Shown piece after piece: positions 41,152-53,300 of a stretch of DNA of 64,000 nucleotides. The stretch spans positions 3,552,001-3,616,000 of the forward strand of contig OY762463.1 in the NCBI GenBank assembly GCA_963665815.1. The letters are read 5' to 3'. The stretch is from Candidatus Cloacimonadales bacterium (GTDB lineage Bacteria; Cloacimonadota; Cloacimonadia; Cloacimonadales; JAIOQZ01). The translations under genes were made by a program, and so were the position numbers. Position 1 is the first letter of the stretch. Each line of letters begins with the position of its first letter. Below the pieces are notes generated by a model. That model saw only the letters and a list, made by a program, of their open reading frames with translations. It made no database searches and was not told the DNA's origin.

Positions 41152-42360
41152 ATGATTTTATTTTATAATATTTTGTTAACTCTTTTTTTCCCTTTAGTAT
41201 ATTTTATGCTGAAGTTGAAAATAAAACCTGAAGAGCTGAACGAAAGAATGAAGTACTCAGAAGGTAAAGCCGATATCTGGATACATGCTTCTTCAGTAGG
41301 AGAAGTAAACGGAATAAGGGAATTTGTTAAACGACTTCATCAAAGATTACCGATGAAAAGAATTGTTATAACAACAATGACTATAACAGGCAAAAAAACA
41401 GCAGAAAGCATTCACCCTGAGGTGAAATGCTGTCTTTTACCTCTTGATTTTCCTTTTACAATAAAGAAAGCTCTTCAAGAAATGAACCCTGAGTTAATTC
41501 TGATTGCTGAAACAGAAATTTGGCCAAACCTGCTGAATACAGCTAAAATGAGAAACATTCCGGTCTGTCTGATCAATGCAAGACTGTCTGAAAAGTCTGT
41601 AAGATCATATAAACGATTCAGTTTGTTATTCAAACCTTTATTCAGTGCTATCAGCCTCGTTCTAACTCAATCTGAGGAGAATGCTGAACGATTCAAATCA
41701 CTGAAATTTCCTGAGGTTATTAATGGTGGAAATCTAAAATTCAGCCTTAGGTTAAATGAGATAGATGCTGTTACTAAAAGAGAAGAGCTTCACATAAATG
41801 AAAATGATTATGTAATAACCTGGGGTAGCTCAAGACCAGGCGAAGAAGAGTTAATCAACGATGTATTTCCCTTACTCAATGACAGAATATCTGACCTGAG
41901 ATTCATCATTGTTCCACGTCACCTTAACCGCCTTGATGAAGTCAGGGAAACATTATCCACTCTTGACTGCAGTCTTCTTTCTGAGGATAGAAACACAAAA
42001 ATTATTATTGTTGATAAAATGGGAGTACTGCCCGAAATGTATGCAGTGGCAGATCTTTGCATTACCGGTGGCAGCTTTGTGCCAATTGGTGGTCATAATC
42101 CGTTGGAAGCAGCATTTTATGCAAAACCTGGCATAATTGGAGAGTATTATGAGAATTGCCGATATTCTGTGGAGCAACTTAAAAAACATGATGGTATTGT
42201 AGTAAGCAGCAAAAGCACAATAATGGAAAACATACTTTTCCTTTTTGAAAATCCTGATTTCAGTAAGTCTTTAGGAGAGAATGCAAAGAATGTTCTTGAA
42301 GTAAATAAACACAGTCTGGATATTCATTTGGCGGAAGTTATCAAGTTATTGAAACAATGA
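41152..42360 (+). CDS. waaA: 3-deoxy-D-manno-octulosonic acid transferase
   Basis: WIHASSVGE, ETEIWPN, INARLS, GNLKF, VPRH and GGHNPLE motifs. Confidence 0.95.
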   Translation: MILFYNILLTLFFPLVYFMLKLKIKPEELNERMKYSEGKADIWIHASSVGEVNGIREFVKRLHQRLPMKRIVITTMTITGKKTAESIHPEVKCCLLPLDFPFTIKKALQEMNPELILIAETEIWPNLLNTAKMRNIPVCLINARLSEKSVRSYKRFSLLFKPLFSAISLVLTQSEENAERFKSLKFPEVINGGNLKFSLRLNEIDAVTKREELHINENDYVITWGSSRPGEEELINDVFPLLNDRISDLRFIIVPRHLNRLDEVRETLSTLDCSLLSEDRNTKIIIVDKMGVLPEMYAVADLCITGGSFVPIGGHNPLEAAFYAKPGIIGEYYENCRYSVEQLKKHDGIVVSSKSTIMENILFLFENPDFSKSLGENAKNVLEVNKHSLDIHLAEVIKLLKQ

Positions 42361-42363
42361 ATA

Positions 42364-42657
42364 CTACATAATATCTTCAGAGATGTCGACCATATTCCTT
42401 TTTTTGAAGTACTGTTGTTTTTCAAATACCATCATAAAGTGAACAAGAGACTTGTACCTGATCAAGTCATCATCTTCAAAAATCGTAATTGATTCACCAT
42501 TTTTCTTTGTTATGACATAGTAATTGCTTTTAACACCGGACTTAAAAAAGCTTAGAAGGAATTTTTTAACATTAAGTTTCGGTTCAGAAATTACATCAAT
42601 ATCTTTGAACTTAATAGTTTCTCCATTAGGAAGTTGGAATTTATCTATACAACTCAT
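42364..42657 (-). CDS. Hypothetical protein
   Basis: 97-aa ORF filling the intergenic gap, with an upstream TTGACA element. Confidence 0.6.
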   Translation of the reverse strand: MSCIDKFQLPNGETIKFKDIDVISEPKLNVKKFLLSFFKSGVKSNYYVITKKNGESITIFEDDDLIRYKSLVHFMMVFEKQQYFKKRNMVDISEDIM

Positions 42658-42799
42658 TTGAAACCCTGTGTATGTTTTTAGGTAAATAGGTTTAGCAAAG
42701 TAAGAATTGTCAATTCATTTATAAAATAAAAAATAAATATTGACAGTAAATGTGTCTATTTTTTTCTTTTGCATGAGATTATGAAAATCGGAGGAACGA

Positions 42800-43069
42800 A
42801 TGCCTAATCATAAGTCGTGTGCAAAAAGATTGCGACAAGATAAGAAAAGAAATGCCAGAAATCACTATGTAAAGTCTACTATTAAATCTTTATCAAAAAA
42901 GGTCAGAAGTGATATCCCTGTTGAAGAAAAAGAAAAACTCATGCATGAAATTTATTCTAAACTGGATAAAGCAGCTAAAAGGAACATTATTCATAAGAGA
43001 ACTGCTTCCAGAAGGAAATCCAGACTGGCATTATACTTTAAAAAAGTTCAAGCGGAAGCTGCACAATAA
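42800..43069 (+). CDS. rpsT: 30S ribosomal protein S20
   Basis: MPNHKSCAKRLRQ...LDKAAKRNIIHKRTASRRKSRL. Confidence 0.97.
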   Translation: MPNHKSCAKRLRQDKKRNARNHYVKSTIKSLSKKVRSDIPVEEKEKLMHEIYSKLDKAAKRNIIHKRTASRRKSRLALYFKKVQAEAAQ

Positions 43070-43073
43070 AGCT

Positions 43074-43102
43074 AAGGCAGACTTAAGTCTGCCTTTCTTT
43101 TT
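43074..43102 (+). terminator. Hairpin/terminator between rpsT and ftsY
   Basis: Perfect palindrome aaggcagacttaagtctgcctt followed by a T-rich tail. Confidence 0.65.
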
Positions 43103-43111
43103 GGAGGAACC

Positions 43112-44068
43112 ATGTTAAAATTCGTAAAAAATCTTAAACAGAAACTTGCACGTACAAAAAACAATTTTATCGGCAAGATTGCCGAAACCATAAAGCTGAG
43201 AGGAAAAGTTGACGAAGAACTGATGGAAGAACTGGAAGAAATTCTTATTCAGGCGGATGTCGGTATTGATCTCAGTATAGATATCATTGACAAATTGAGA
43301 GAAGAAGTCAGATTCCACAAGATTACAGACGTAGAAGAAGTGAGAATAAAGCTGCAGAACATTATGAGTGAACAGTTCCTTTCTGATACAAAAGCCCAGG
43401 AGGAATCTGGTGATACAAGCCTTTCAATTGAAGAAATTGAGAACACATCCATCAAGCCATTTATCATGTTGTTTGTTGGGGTTAATGGAGTTGGTAAAAC
43501 AACATCTATCGGAAAACTTGCTCAAAGATTCAGAAAAGCAGGTAAATCTGTCATGCTTGTTGCCGGAGATACATTCCGCGCCGCAGCAATTGAACAACTG
43601 GATATATGGGCAAACAGAGCTGGAGTTGATATTGTCAAACAGGAGCAGGGGTCTGATCCTTCTTCTGTTGTATATGATAGTTTGATTTCTGCAAAACACA
43701 AAAATACAGACATTGTACTTATAGATACTGCCGGAAGACAGCATAACAAAGTTAATCTTATGAATGAGCTTAACAAAATCAGAAGAACTATTCAAAAGGT
43801 TGTTCCTGAAGGTCCACACGAAGTATTTCTTGTTATTGATGCGACAACAGGTCAAAATGCTGTAACACAAGCAGAAATGTTCGATAAAGCTGCAGATCTC
43901 ACAGGGCTTGTTCTTACTAAGCTGGATGGTACTGCTAAAGGTGGTATTGTGATGAGTATTCAGCACAAGTTCAGCATTCCGGTTAAACTGATTGGGGTTG
44001 GAGAACAGATTGATGATCTTAGAGATTTTAACCCGCAGGAATTTGTTGAAGCTTTCTTCAAAGAATGA
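43112..44068 (+). CDS. ftsY: Signal recognition particle receptor
   Basis: GVNGVGKTT, DTFRAAA, DTAGR and TKLDGTAKGG motifs. Confidence 0.97.
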   Translation: MLKFVKNLKQKLARTKNNFIGKIAETIKLRGKVDEELMEELEEILIQADVGIDLSIDIIDKLREEVRFHKITDVEEVRIKLQNIMSEQFLSDTKAQEESGDTSLSIEEIENTSIKPFIMLFVGVNGVGKTTSIGKLAQRFRKAGKSVMLVAGDTFRAAAIEQLDIWANRAGVDIVKQEQGSDPSSVVYDSLISAKHKNTDIVLIDTAGRQHNKVNLMNELNKIRRTIQKVVPEGPHEVFLVIDATTGQNAVTQAEMFDKAADLTGLVLTKLDGTAKGGIVMSIQHKFSIPVKLIGVGEQIDDLRDFNPQEFVEAFFKE

Positions 44069-44069
44069 G

Positions 44070-46817
44070 ATGATAATCAGCAAAACAGTATCATTAAAAA
44101 AAAATATTATTCAGTATGTTCTGGAAACAACAAATCCGGAGCATACTGTTTTTGTTTTACCTACATTTAAAAATAAATCTGATGCTCTGCTAAAGTTCCA
44201 GAGCAATTGGAATTTCACGGACACATCCTTTTATTCTTTTGCAGAATTCAAATCGCTTTTCTTTGAATCGGAATATCCGGTTATATCATCCGATAAAAGG
44301 AAAATACTGTTATATTCAATACTTGATGAAAAACTGAAGACAGAGCTACGATTAAAAGACTATTTTTCGGCTATTGGATTCATGGATAATTTTTTCACAT
44401 TCTGGGAAGAAATTCTCGATGAATGCTTAGATCCTGAGAAACTAATTGATACCCTGGAAAATAACTCAGGATCACTACTATTTGAATCGCAAAGAGATTT
44501 CTATGATCTTATATTCAACTTACTCAGGAGATATGAAAAGAAGCTGGCAGATACAGGTTTTTCCGATAATATTTTTCTGATAAATGAAAAGAATATTTCG
44601 TTCCCTGTAAGTTTAAAAGGGAAAGAGAAATTTGTATTTGTTAACCAGTATTATTTTTCCAATCTAGAGGAAAAGTTACTGAAAACTCTTTCCATAAATG
44701 GTAAAAACTGTGTAAAAGTAAATCAGTTCACCAGTGAGCAGAATGAAGATAATGTTGAGGAAATATCTTTCGAGAATCCTGAGAATCTGAGAATTCAGAA
44801 TATTGAGATAATCGAAGTACCTGACAGCTATTCAATGTATCTCGAGTTTCTACAGCATTATAATAAAGATAACATTATACTTAACAACTCCACAGTTACT
44901 GATGAGATTACTTCGATTCTGAAGGAGAAATTCAGAATGGGAGAAAATACCTGCAGAGAAGCAGTGTTATACAATTTTCTCAAGAATCTTGTTAACCTTG
45001 TTGAAAATGCCAACCTTGCCGGAGACCGAAGTACACTGATCTTTTCCTTGGAATCCATGAGATCTTTCTTTTCTGCAAACAGCAAATACAAATTATTTAA
45101 AGATCCGGTAGAGAAATATCACCATACTCTTTCTGATAGACTTACTTTATTCTATCTGCAAAACTCATTTCTAAGTATCAGTTTCGATAAACTTAAGAAC
45201 ACATTCAGTAATGATGCAGAGATGATAGGAGTGCTGGAGTTTTACGAGAAAATTATTGATATGCTGCTTGCAGAAGATATTTCATTATCAAAGTTTTTCG
45301 ATTACCTGTTTACATGTGCAGACTTTGGATTAGACAGAAATGAATGGCAAAGCTTCTGGAGGTCATATTATGATCTTGAAAGTACATATAGTGCAGATTT
45401 TCCTGTTGATATTGACAGACTGTTTGAAGTAAACACATGTTTGAACCATCTCAAACTCTTTCTGGACATCTATAAAACTGACAGCTCTGCAAACAGTAAA
45501 ACAGAGTCTCTTGAATTTACTTCATTGAATAATACTCGGAATATCTTCCCAAAATCAAAAGTAATAGTTCTCCATGCTGAAGAAGGAATCATCCCGTCTA
45601 ACCCGAAGAAACAATTTCTTTTCAATGACAGTCAGCGTAAAAGTCTTGGATTGAAAACTTATGAGCATATCAGAGAAAGAGAAAAGTATTATTTTTACAG
45701 ACTTATTGCCAATGCTGAGTCAGCTGTAATTATATGTATTAATAACATTGAAAAGGATATCTCCGTCAGCAGCTTTATTGAGAATGTTAAATTCTACTTA
45801 ACGAATAATAGTAGTATAGAGTTTTCTTTCCGTAAAAGTAATATATTTTCTCAGAGATTCCATGAAACTCTGGAAATGATTTCAAGCGAATCAAAACTGT
45901 CAGAGAGAAAAAAAACCGGTTTGATAATTCCTTTTGAAAAAGCAGTATTCTTCAGGAACAATGAGATAAAAATATCTCCTACATCTTACAAAATTCTGAA
46001 TGAAAATCCAATAGATTATTATTTCAAAAGCATACTTAGATTATCCCCTTTGAAATGGAAACCTGAGAATATTATAACTCCACTTGCATTCGGTATTATC
46101 TTTCATGAAATAATGAATGCTGTTTTCTCAGATATCAGAGATGGGAAAAGATTTCAAAGCAATACTTTATTCAGAAAAGATGAACTGAATATACTGATTA
46201 ATAAGGCATTATCAGAGATTCTTTCCTTAAGTCATGAAACAGAACTGATATATAACATACCCGGGAATATGTCCCTTGATTTTTACAAAACACATGTAAT
46301 CCCTTTTATAATTGACAGTGTCAGAATATTCATAAATGCTTTGAATGAACTTGTGAAAGTATCAGCAGAGAATATACCTGCAATATTTACTGAAGGTGAA
46401 TTTGCTCCTGAAAAAGAAACCAATGGGGTTGAACTTGTTAATTGCCCGAACTACAGAGTTTTTATCCGGGGAAGAGCAGACCTTATTTTATACTCAGAGT
46501 ATTACAATTCTTACTTTATAATTGATTTTAAAAGTGCAGAACAAAAAACCAAATATGAAAAGGATTATTCGCAACAGCTTGAGATTTACAAATTTCTGTA
46601 TTTCTCAAAGAACGGACGTATAGATTTTAAAGGTGAGATATACAGAATGCTGATGTTCCTTATGGATCATTCTCAGAAAGTAAACAGCGATATGGACTCT
46701 GATTTACAGGAGAAAATTAAAAATTTCTTCGATAAACTGCTGGTTGTTGAAAATCTGATTCCACCGGAAAGCTCTTCAAAGATTGATAATGATTTTAAAG
46801 AATTGTACAGGATTTGA
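44070..46817 (+). CDS. addB: AddB/RexB-like subunit with PD-(D/E)XK nuclease domain
   Basis: ISPTS, FGIIFHEI, RGRADL, IIDFKS and QLEIY nuclease motifs; lies directly before an AddA-like gene. Confidence 0.7.
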   Translation: MIISKTVSLKKNIIQYVLETTNPEHTVFVLPTFKNKSDALLKFQSNWNFTDTSFYSFAEFKSLFFESEYPVISSDKRKILLYSILDEKLKTELRLKDYFSAIGFMDNFFTFWEEILDECLDPEKLIDTLENNSGSLLFESQRDFYDLIFNLLRRYEKKLADTGFSDNIFLINEKNISFPVSLKGKEKFVFVNQYYFSNLEEKLLKTLSINGKNCVKVNQFTSEQNEDNVEEISFENPENLRIQNIEIIEVPDSYSMYLEFLQHYNKDNIILNNSTVTDEITSILKEKFRMGENTCREAVLYNFLKNLVNLVENANLAGDRSTLIFSLESMRSFFSANSKYKLFKDPVEKYHHTLSDRLTLFYLQNSFLSISFDKLKNTFSNDAEMIGVLEFYEKIIDMLLAEDISLSKFFDYLFTCADFGLDRNEWQSFWRSYYDLESTYSADFPVDIDRLFEVNTCLNHLKLFLDIYKTDSSANSKTESLEFTSLNNTRNIFPKSKVIVLHAEEGIIPSNPKKQFLFNDSQRKSLGLKTYEHIREREKYYFYRLIANAESAVIICINNIEKDISVSSFIENVKFYLTNNSSIEFSFRKSNIFSQRFHETLEMISSESKLSERKKTGLIIPFEKAVFFRNNEIKISPTSYKILNENPIDYYFKSILRLSPLKWKPENIITPLAFGIIFHEIMNAVFSDIRDGKRFQSNTLFRKDELNILINKALSEILSLSHETELIYNIPGNMSLDFYKTHVIPFIIDSVRIFINALNELVKVSAENIPAIFTEGEFAPEKETNGVELVNCPNYRVFIRGRADLILYSEYYNSYFIIDFKSAEQKTKYEKDYSQQLEIYKFLYFSKNGRIDFKGEIYRMLMFLMDHSQKVNSDMDSDLQEKIKNFFDKLLVVENLIPPESSSKIDNDFKELYRI

Positions 46818-46824
46818 GATTATT

Positions 46825-49800
46825 ATGAAAAACAATATTACTGCAAAAATAATTTCTGCAAGTGCGGGAACAGGAAAGACTTTCAGATTATCAATTGAGT
46901 ACATAAAAACTCTGCTAAATCAACCTGAACCAAGAAATCCTGAGTTCTATAAAGAAATCGTTGTTTTGACTTTTACTAAAAAAGCTACTGCAGAAATCGC
47001 TGAGAGAATTGTCAGCCATCTCAAAAACATATTAGAAGATCCTGAAGGCAAAGGTGCAGATATTATTGCTCAGTTTGATAAACTGAACAACACTGATCTC
47101 TCTTTACTGAAAAAAGTATACTTGAATATAGTTTCCAACAAACATAAATTCAGGATTCAGACAATTGATTCTTTCTTCGGTACTCTTTTCCAGAGTATAG
47201 TTACTCCTGCATTTCACATTGATGATTATGAAATTGTGCATGAACAGAAACCGGATATATATTCTCTTTTACTTGAAAAAATGATTAATGAAGATTGCTT
47301 TCACTATATAGTTAAAAAATATATACATAAAGGGAAAGAAATCAGTAAATATGAAGCATTCGTAAAAGGTTTGCTTGCAAACAGATGGATTATTGAAAAT
47401 ACAGATACTGATGTCTTTGGAAATACAGCAAACCTGAAGGGATTCATTAAAGAAGCTATTCAGGTTTATAGAACAGAGTTCATAAATTTTATGAAATCAA
47501 ATCTTAGTGGAAAGAAAACTGATCTCAGCAATATGTTCCTCAAAAAGTTTCCATTCAGAGATACAATTTTACAAAATGGAATTAACGAGGATAATTTCGA
47601 ACAACTTCTACCAGGATTTTTAACAGATATCGAGCTGATGAGAAATGTATCAAATCTGAGATCAAAAAATATATTATCTAAACGAAAAGTAGCACCTGAT
47701 TTTTTTGCAGAGTATGATAATATATATAATTATCTTGTTTCTGCTGTTTTATTCGATGTGTTTATTGATCAGCAAATCCTTGTACAAACTGCTCAAAAAG
47801 TTTTTGAATTATATGATGAAATAGTACGAACAATAAAATGCTTTACTCATGATGATATACTGTATTACACTTTGTCTGTAATGCAGACATCTAATTCCCT
47901 GATCAGTGCTGACAATTCTGTCACAAATCAGTTCTATGAACTTCTTTCTCATCGTATCAGTTTTCTGCTTATAGATGAGTTTCAGGATACGAATGTTAAT
48001 CAATGGAATCTGATTCGACCTGTTATAAGTGAATTGATTAGTGGAACAGGTATAAAAGACTATGCCGGATTTGTAATTGTAGGTGATGAGAAACAGGCAA
48101 TATACGGCTGGAGAGGTGGCGAAAGTAAGTTGCTTAGTGCAATTGAGACTATGTTTCCGGAAAGTGGAAGTATTGTAAAAAAGGAAAAGCTCACAACAAG
48201 TTATAGATCTTCAGCATCTGTAATTGATTATGTTAACATGCTGTTTTCTGCTGATAATGGACTTTCTGCTTATATAAACTATGCAGGAATTAACTGGGAT
48301 TATCCTCAAGTGAACTACCTTGATAGTGCTCCTGATGGATTTGTAAATGTCAAGATTGAGAGCTATGCCCAGGGGCAGAAGGATTTTCTATTTCAGAGAT
48401 TTGCAGCATATTTCCATTCTTACTGGAGGGATAACGCTTTTATCAGAGAAGGACGAACTGCAATTATTGCAAGAAAAAACAGTGATCTTTCAGAAATTGC
48501 GTCACTTTTGGGTAAATACGATATTCCGTTTCAAATAAGCAGTTCACAATCAATAATACAACATAAAGCTGTTCAGCAAATAATAAACGTGATTAAATAT
48601 CTTGCTTTCAGGAATTTCACTGATTTACTCATAGTCCTGCGCTCAGATATACTTAATCTTAATCCTGATGATTTTTATAAACTATGTGAAAGTTTCAGAG
48701 AAAAATCCATTGGTTCAAGATCGCAACTTGATTTCGTTCTTCAAATGGACTGCCTGAAAGAAACAGGAATCAATGATTGTATCCTTACTTCTGAATTCTT
48801 TCGTTCTGTTGTTGAGGAAAAAGGTCTTTCAGAAAAAGTAAATCGTGTTATAGATTTCTTTAGTCTGAACAATAAATTCCCATCTGATAATGATGCAAGA
48901 TCAATAATAAGATTCATGAACGCAATTAGAGAATATGAATTAAAGAATCCTCACTACTCACTACAGGATTTCCTTTCATATATATATGATAATGAGAATG
49001 AAAATGAATTTAAGCAAGAATCAACTGAACAGAAGTCAGGCGTAACATTATTGACAATTCATAAATCAAAAGGTCTTGAGTTTGACAGTGTATTCCTTTT
49101 AACACAATTTTCCGGTAAAAATTCACAGGGGAATAGTCTTAATTTCAATTACTGGTACAAGTATAATGAGAATTTTTCAAGAATGGATAATCAGCTTTTA
49201 TTCTTGAATCTACATGCTTCAACAATCAGAGGAACTGAAAAAACAAACAAAGAGTTCTCAATCGTAAACAGAATTGCAGACTTGAATTTTCATGAACGCA
49301 GCAAAGAGCTTATTGCTGAAATAAATTCATTATATGTTGGACTTACAAGAGCTAAGACATGTTTATTCCACTATATTTTTACACAGGCTAAAGATCGCGA
49401 AACTATTAAAACAACAAAAGCAGAAAATTACCAGTTTAAGTATTATTTAAGTGCTATTTATAAAATACTCTCAGATACAGAGCATTATAATGAAGAGGAA
49501 TTCGAGTATTCCATAGGGGAAATACCTGATTCAAAATTTGAAAGCAGTGTGTTAACTTCCGGTGATATACCCGATATTAGTGATTTTCGTGAATATTTCA
49601 ATCTTTCTCTCTTCACTGAAAGAAAAGCTGATTCAGGGGTGGATCTGGCAATTGGACATGATATAAAGGAAATTGTGAGGAGAAAAGCTGACATCTACGG
49701 TAGTCTAGTTCATGATTACCTTTCCTGCATAAAGTACAATACAGAAGACGAAATAAAATCTGCAGAATCTACTGTTTTCAAAATATATGGAAATATTTTT

Positions 49801-50115
49801 TCAAATAATCATTTTTATAATGTGTTTTCTCAAATTCAGGATTGGATAAAAGGTCATGTAGAGCTTTTTTCTGAGGACTGGGACAAAGTTTTTAATGAAC
49901 AGGCAATTTTCAGCAGCTCCGGTAAGGAATTCAGAATTGACAGGCTCATGATCAATACAAAAAAGAAAAAGATTCTTATTGTTGATTACAAAACAGGCGG
50001 CATAAGTGAGGGAAATCAGCTCAGTAATTATGGAGACATAATCTCATCATTAGAAGTTACCGGCAAAGACTATTCTTTAGATACAAAATATCTTAAATTG
50101 AACATAATATTGTAA
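46825..50115 (+). CDS. addA: AddA/RecB-like UvrD helicase-nuclease
   Basis: ASAGTGKT, LTFTKKA, IDEFQDT, VGDEKQAIYGWRG, TIHKSKGLEF, YVGLTRA, RIDRL..VDYKTG motifs. Confidence 0.85.
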   Translation: MKNNITAKIISASAGTGKTFRLSIEYIKTLLNQPEPRNPEFYKEIVVLTFTKKATAEIAERIVSHLKNILEDPEGKGADIIAQFDKLNNTDLSLLKKVYLNIVSNKHKFRIQTIDSFFGTLFQSIVTPAFHIDDYEIVHEQKPDIYSLLLEKMINEDCFHYIVKKYIHKGKEISKYEAFVKGLLANRWIIENTDTDVFGNTANLKGFIKEAIQVYRTEFINFMKSNLSGKKTDLSNMFLKKFPFRDTILQNGINEDNFEQLLPGFLTDIELMRNVSNLRSKNILSKRKVAPDFFAEYDNIYNYLVSAVLFDVFIDQQILVQTAQKVFELYDEIVRTIKCFTHDDILYYTLSVMQTSNSLISADNSVTNQFYELLSHRISFLLIDEFQDTNVNQWNLIRPVISELISGTGIKDYAGFVIVGDEKQAIYGWRGGESKLLSAIETMFPESGSIVKKEKLTTSYRSSASVIDYVNMLFSADNGLSAYINYAGINWDYPQVNYLDSAPDGFVNVKIESYAQGQKDFLFQRFAAYFHSYWRDNAFIREGRTAIIARKNSDLSEIASLLGKYDIPFQISSSQSIIQHKAVQQIINVIKYLAFRNFTDLLIVLRSDILNLNPDDFYKLCESFREKSIGSRSQLDFVLQMDCLKETGINDCILTSEFFRSVVEEKGLSEKVNRVIDFFSLNNKFPSDNDARSIIRFMNAIREYELKNPHYSLQDFLSYIYDNENENEFKQESTEQKSGVTLLTIHKSKGLEFDSVFLLTQFSGKNSQGNSLNFNYWYKYNENFSRMDNQLLFLNLHASTIRGTEKTNKEFSIVNRIADLNFHERSKELIAEINSLYVGLTRAKTCLFHYIFTQAKDRETIKTTKAENYQFKYYLSAIYKILSDTEHYNEEEFEYSIGEIPDSKFESSVLTSGDIPDISDFREYFNLSLFTERKADSGVDLAIGHDIKEIVRRKADIYGSLVHDYLSCIKYNTEDEIKSAESTVFKIYGNIFSNNHFYNVFSQIQDWIKGHVELFSEDWDKVFNEQAIFSSSGKEFRIDRLMINTKKKKILIVDYKTGGISEGNQLSNYGDIISSLEVTGKDYSLDTKYLKLNIIL

Positions 50116-50284
50116 TAGTTGTCCTTCATTTGAGATGACGTGATTCTGAGTACTGTTTGAGACAATTGACCAACATGTTACATTATATCATATTACTGAA
50201 TTCTAATATAATACAACTATATAATCTTAAGTCAACAACATAAGGTATCCTTAGTACGAAATATTGTAGTTGAATATAAAAAAA

Positions 50285-50313
50285 TTGACTTTTTATTAGT
50301 TAACTACTACACT
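50285..50313 (+). promoter_or_regulatory. Putative sigma70 promoter of the right surface-protein gene
   Basis: TTGACT-N17-TACACT. Confidence 0.55.
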
Positions 50314-50371
50314 TATCGTGTACATTGTGCTTATTAAATGTATACACTGTCAAATACTTAAGGAGGTTTAC

Positions 50372-53300
50372 ATGAGACAGAGACTAGTTTTTTTTATTGT
50401 TCTAATATTTACTATTTTACCTATGTATGCTCAGGTAAATGTAATTTCAACATTTCCTTATGAAGAGAATTTTGATAATAACCAGATTCCTCAATTTTGG
50501 AGCGATATAACTCAAGATACAGATCGATGGATTGTTGGTATATGTGACCATTTGAGTTATACAGGTCCTCAAAATGGTGATCATACAGCTGGACCTTCAG
50601 GATATCTTTACTTTGACTCTTATTTTTCAAGTGATTACGATGTTTATACCATGAAAACACCAAGTTTTAATGTTGCAGGTTTAACATCTCCGCAATTCAC
50701 ATTCTGGTATAATATGTATGGACTTCATATGGGTGAGTTACACATAAATATTTATCAGCCGGGATCAGATATTTTATACACAGATGTTGTCCAGCCTATA
50801 TGGGGAAATCAGGGACAAGAATGGATTAGTCAATCTATTGATCTGCTGCCATATAATAGTGAACCATTTGAGATACAAATTATCGGTATTGCCGGAGACG
50901 ATCATTACTGTACTATATCAATTGATGATATCAAGGTTTTTAATAATCCGGCAGTCCCCACACCAGCTACTCTTTACACCCCATCTGATCTGGAGAACTA
51001 TGTTGATGAACAGGGATTACTTAGATGGAGGAATTCAGATGGAGCGACAGGCTACAAACTGAGTATCGGTACAGATTATCCTCCGACAAATATCCTTGAT
51101 AATGATGACAGGGGCAATAGTCTGGTATACGATTTTTTTAATTACTCCATGGGAACTACATATTATTGGCAGGTAACACCATATAATAATAATGGTGATG
51201 CTGTCGGGTGTCCTATAATGTCTTTCACAACAAGACCTGATCCGGCAACATCAAACTGCCTGTTTGCTGAAGATTTCTCTACATGGCCTCTTGATTCCAA
51301 CAGGTGGAGTACTGGGGGAACACAACAATGGGCTGAAGACCCAGGTTCCGGAGGTGCATATTGTGATTTATGGGGATGGTCTTCAGGCAATAATGCAACA
51401 TTAATTTCAGCTCCTATTACAATTTCCGGTAACTATAACTTAGAATTCAGATGGTCGCATAAGTTCAGACCGGTTGAGTTTAATGATGCTCTGAATATAT
51501 TTGTTTCAACAAACCAGTCGACCTGGTCTTTATTAGCTGGAAAAGCTCAGGAACAGCTGCATTCTAATGATGGGGCGGATAATCTGTCTCCCGGAACCTT
51601 TGTATGGGAAACTATAAGTTTAGACCAATATTCCGGACAGACTATTTATCTTAAATTTGAGGGCGTGTATGGTGCAGGTCCAAGGCTTTATATTGATGAT
51701 ATCAGTGTTTACGAAAGAGTTCCATCCTGCCCGACTGTTCCAGTTCCTGCTGATTTGGCAACAGGGGTTATTGAAGCAGGTACTCTTAGCTGGGTTAGTG
51801 CTCAGGGAGCTGCAGGTTACAAAATATCTTTAGGAACAGATAATCCTCCAACAAATATCGCAGATAGTATTGATGTAGGAACATCATTGTTTTATGATTA
51901 CACAGGATTAGCTTACAATACAACATATTACTGGAAAGTAACACCTTATGATACCGTTGGTGATGATGCAGATTGTCCGGTCTGGCAATTCCAGACAAGA
52001 ACAGGTTTTGCGGTAACAACTTTCCCTTGCACAGAGACATTTGATGATGGGCAATTGCCAAACCTGTGGGTTGATGATCCGTCAAATACCGACCCATGGT
52101 CAATTAATAATTCAACTCCATCTGTAGATACTGGTCCTCAATCAGGAGATCACACTTCAGGTTCAGGCAACTTTATCTTTACAGAGGCTTCCGGAAACTA
52201 TAATCAGACATTTAAGATGAAAACAGTCAGATATGATGTTTCAGCTCTGACTTCTCCTCAGTTTGTTTTCTGGTATCACATGTATGGCAGCACAATGGGA
52301 ACACTCAATGTAAATATTTATCATCCGGATTCCGGGAATCAATACATGGATGTAATTGTTCCTATTTCCGGGGATCAGGGAGATACATGGTTCTGCCAGA
52401 CTATAGATCTTCTTCCTTATAACTCAGAACCATTCATTCTGGAATTTGTTGCTGTTACCGGCACAGATTTCCATAGTGATATATGTATAGATGATGTCAG
52501 TGTTTATGATAACACAACCCCTCCGGGATGTGTAACTCCTGTAATTCCAGCTGATCAGGCTAACGAGGTTGTAGAGCAGGGAAGTCTTCATTGGGGAACT
52601 GTCATAGGTGCAACCGGTTACAATCTTAGTTTTGGAACAGATAACCCACCAACAAATATACTTGATAATGTAGACCGAGCTGACAGTATTTTCTACGATT
52701 TTTCAGGATTAAGTTATAGTACTACATACTATTGGCAGGTTACTCCTTACAATACTAATGGCTCAGCAGTAAACTGTCCTGTATGGAGCTTCACAGTACG
52801 TGGGGATCCAACTATTACGGCTTATCCGTATACTGCGGATTTTGATTCAGGGATGATACCTTCCTGGTGGTCTCAGGACAATAATGACGATATGGACTGG
52901 ACATTTCAATCCGGTTCAACAACATCTTCTAATACCGGACCTTCATTTGATCACACAACAGGTTCAGGTTACTATATTTACACAGAGGCTTCCGGATACA
53001 ACAATATGACAGCGAACATAGAAACAAGACCATTTGACCTTACAAATAATGGTTATCCTGTATTGTCTTTCTGGAGCCATATGTATGGTGGTGATATGGG
53101 ATCTCTGAGTATTGATGTATATAATCATAGTACAAACAACTGGACAAATGATTTCTTCTCAATAAGTGGGGATCTGGGAGATCAATGGATTGAACAAGAA
53201 GTTGATCTGACAATTTTCTCAGGACAGATCATTCATCTCAGATTCAGTGGTCACACAGGAAACGGTTTTGAAAGCGATATCGCGATTGATGATGTGAGCT

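Noticed and set aside
43424..44083. 219-aa antisense ORF and the many other 60-190 aa ORFs opposite or inside real genes
   Set aside because: These are shadow ORFs of well-supported genes and have no motifs or RBS.
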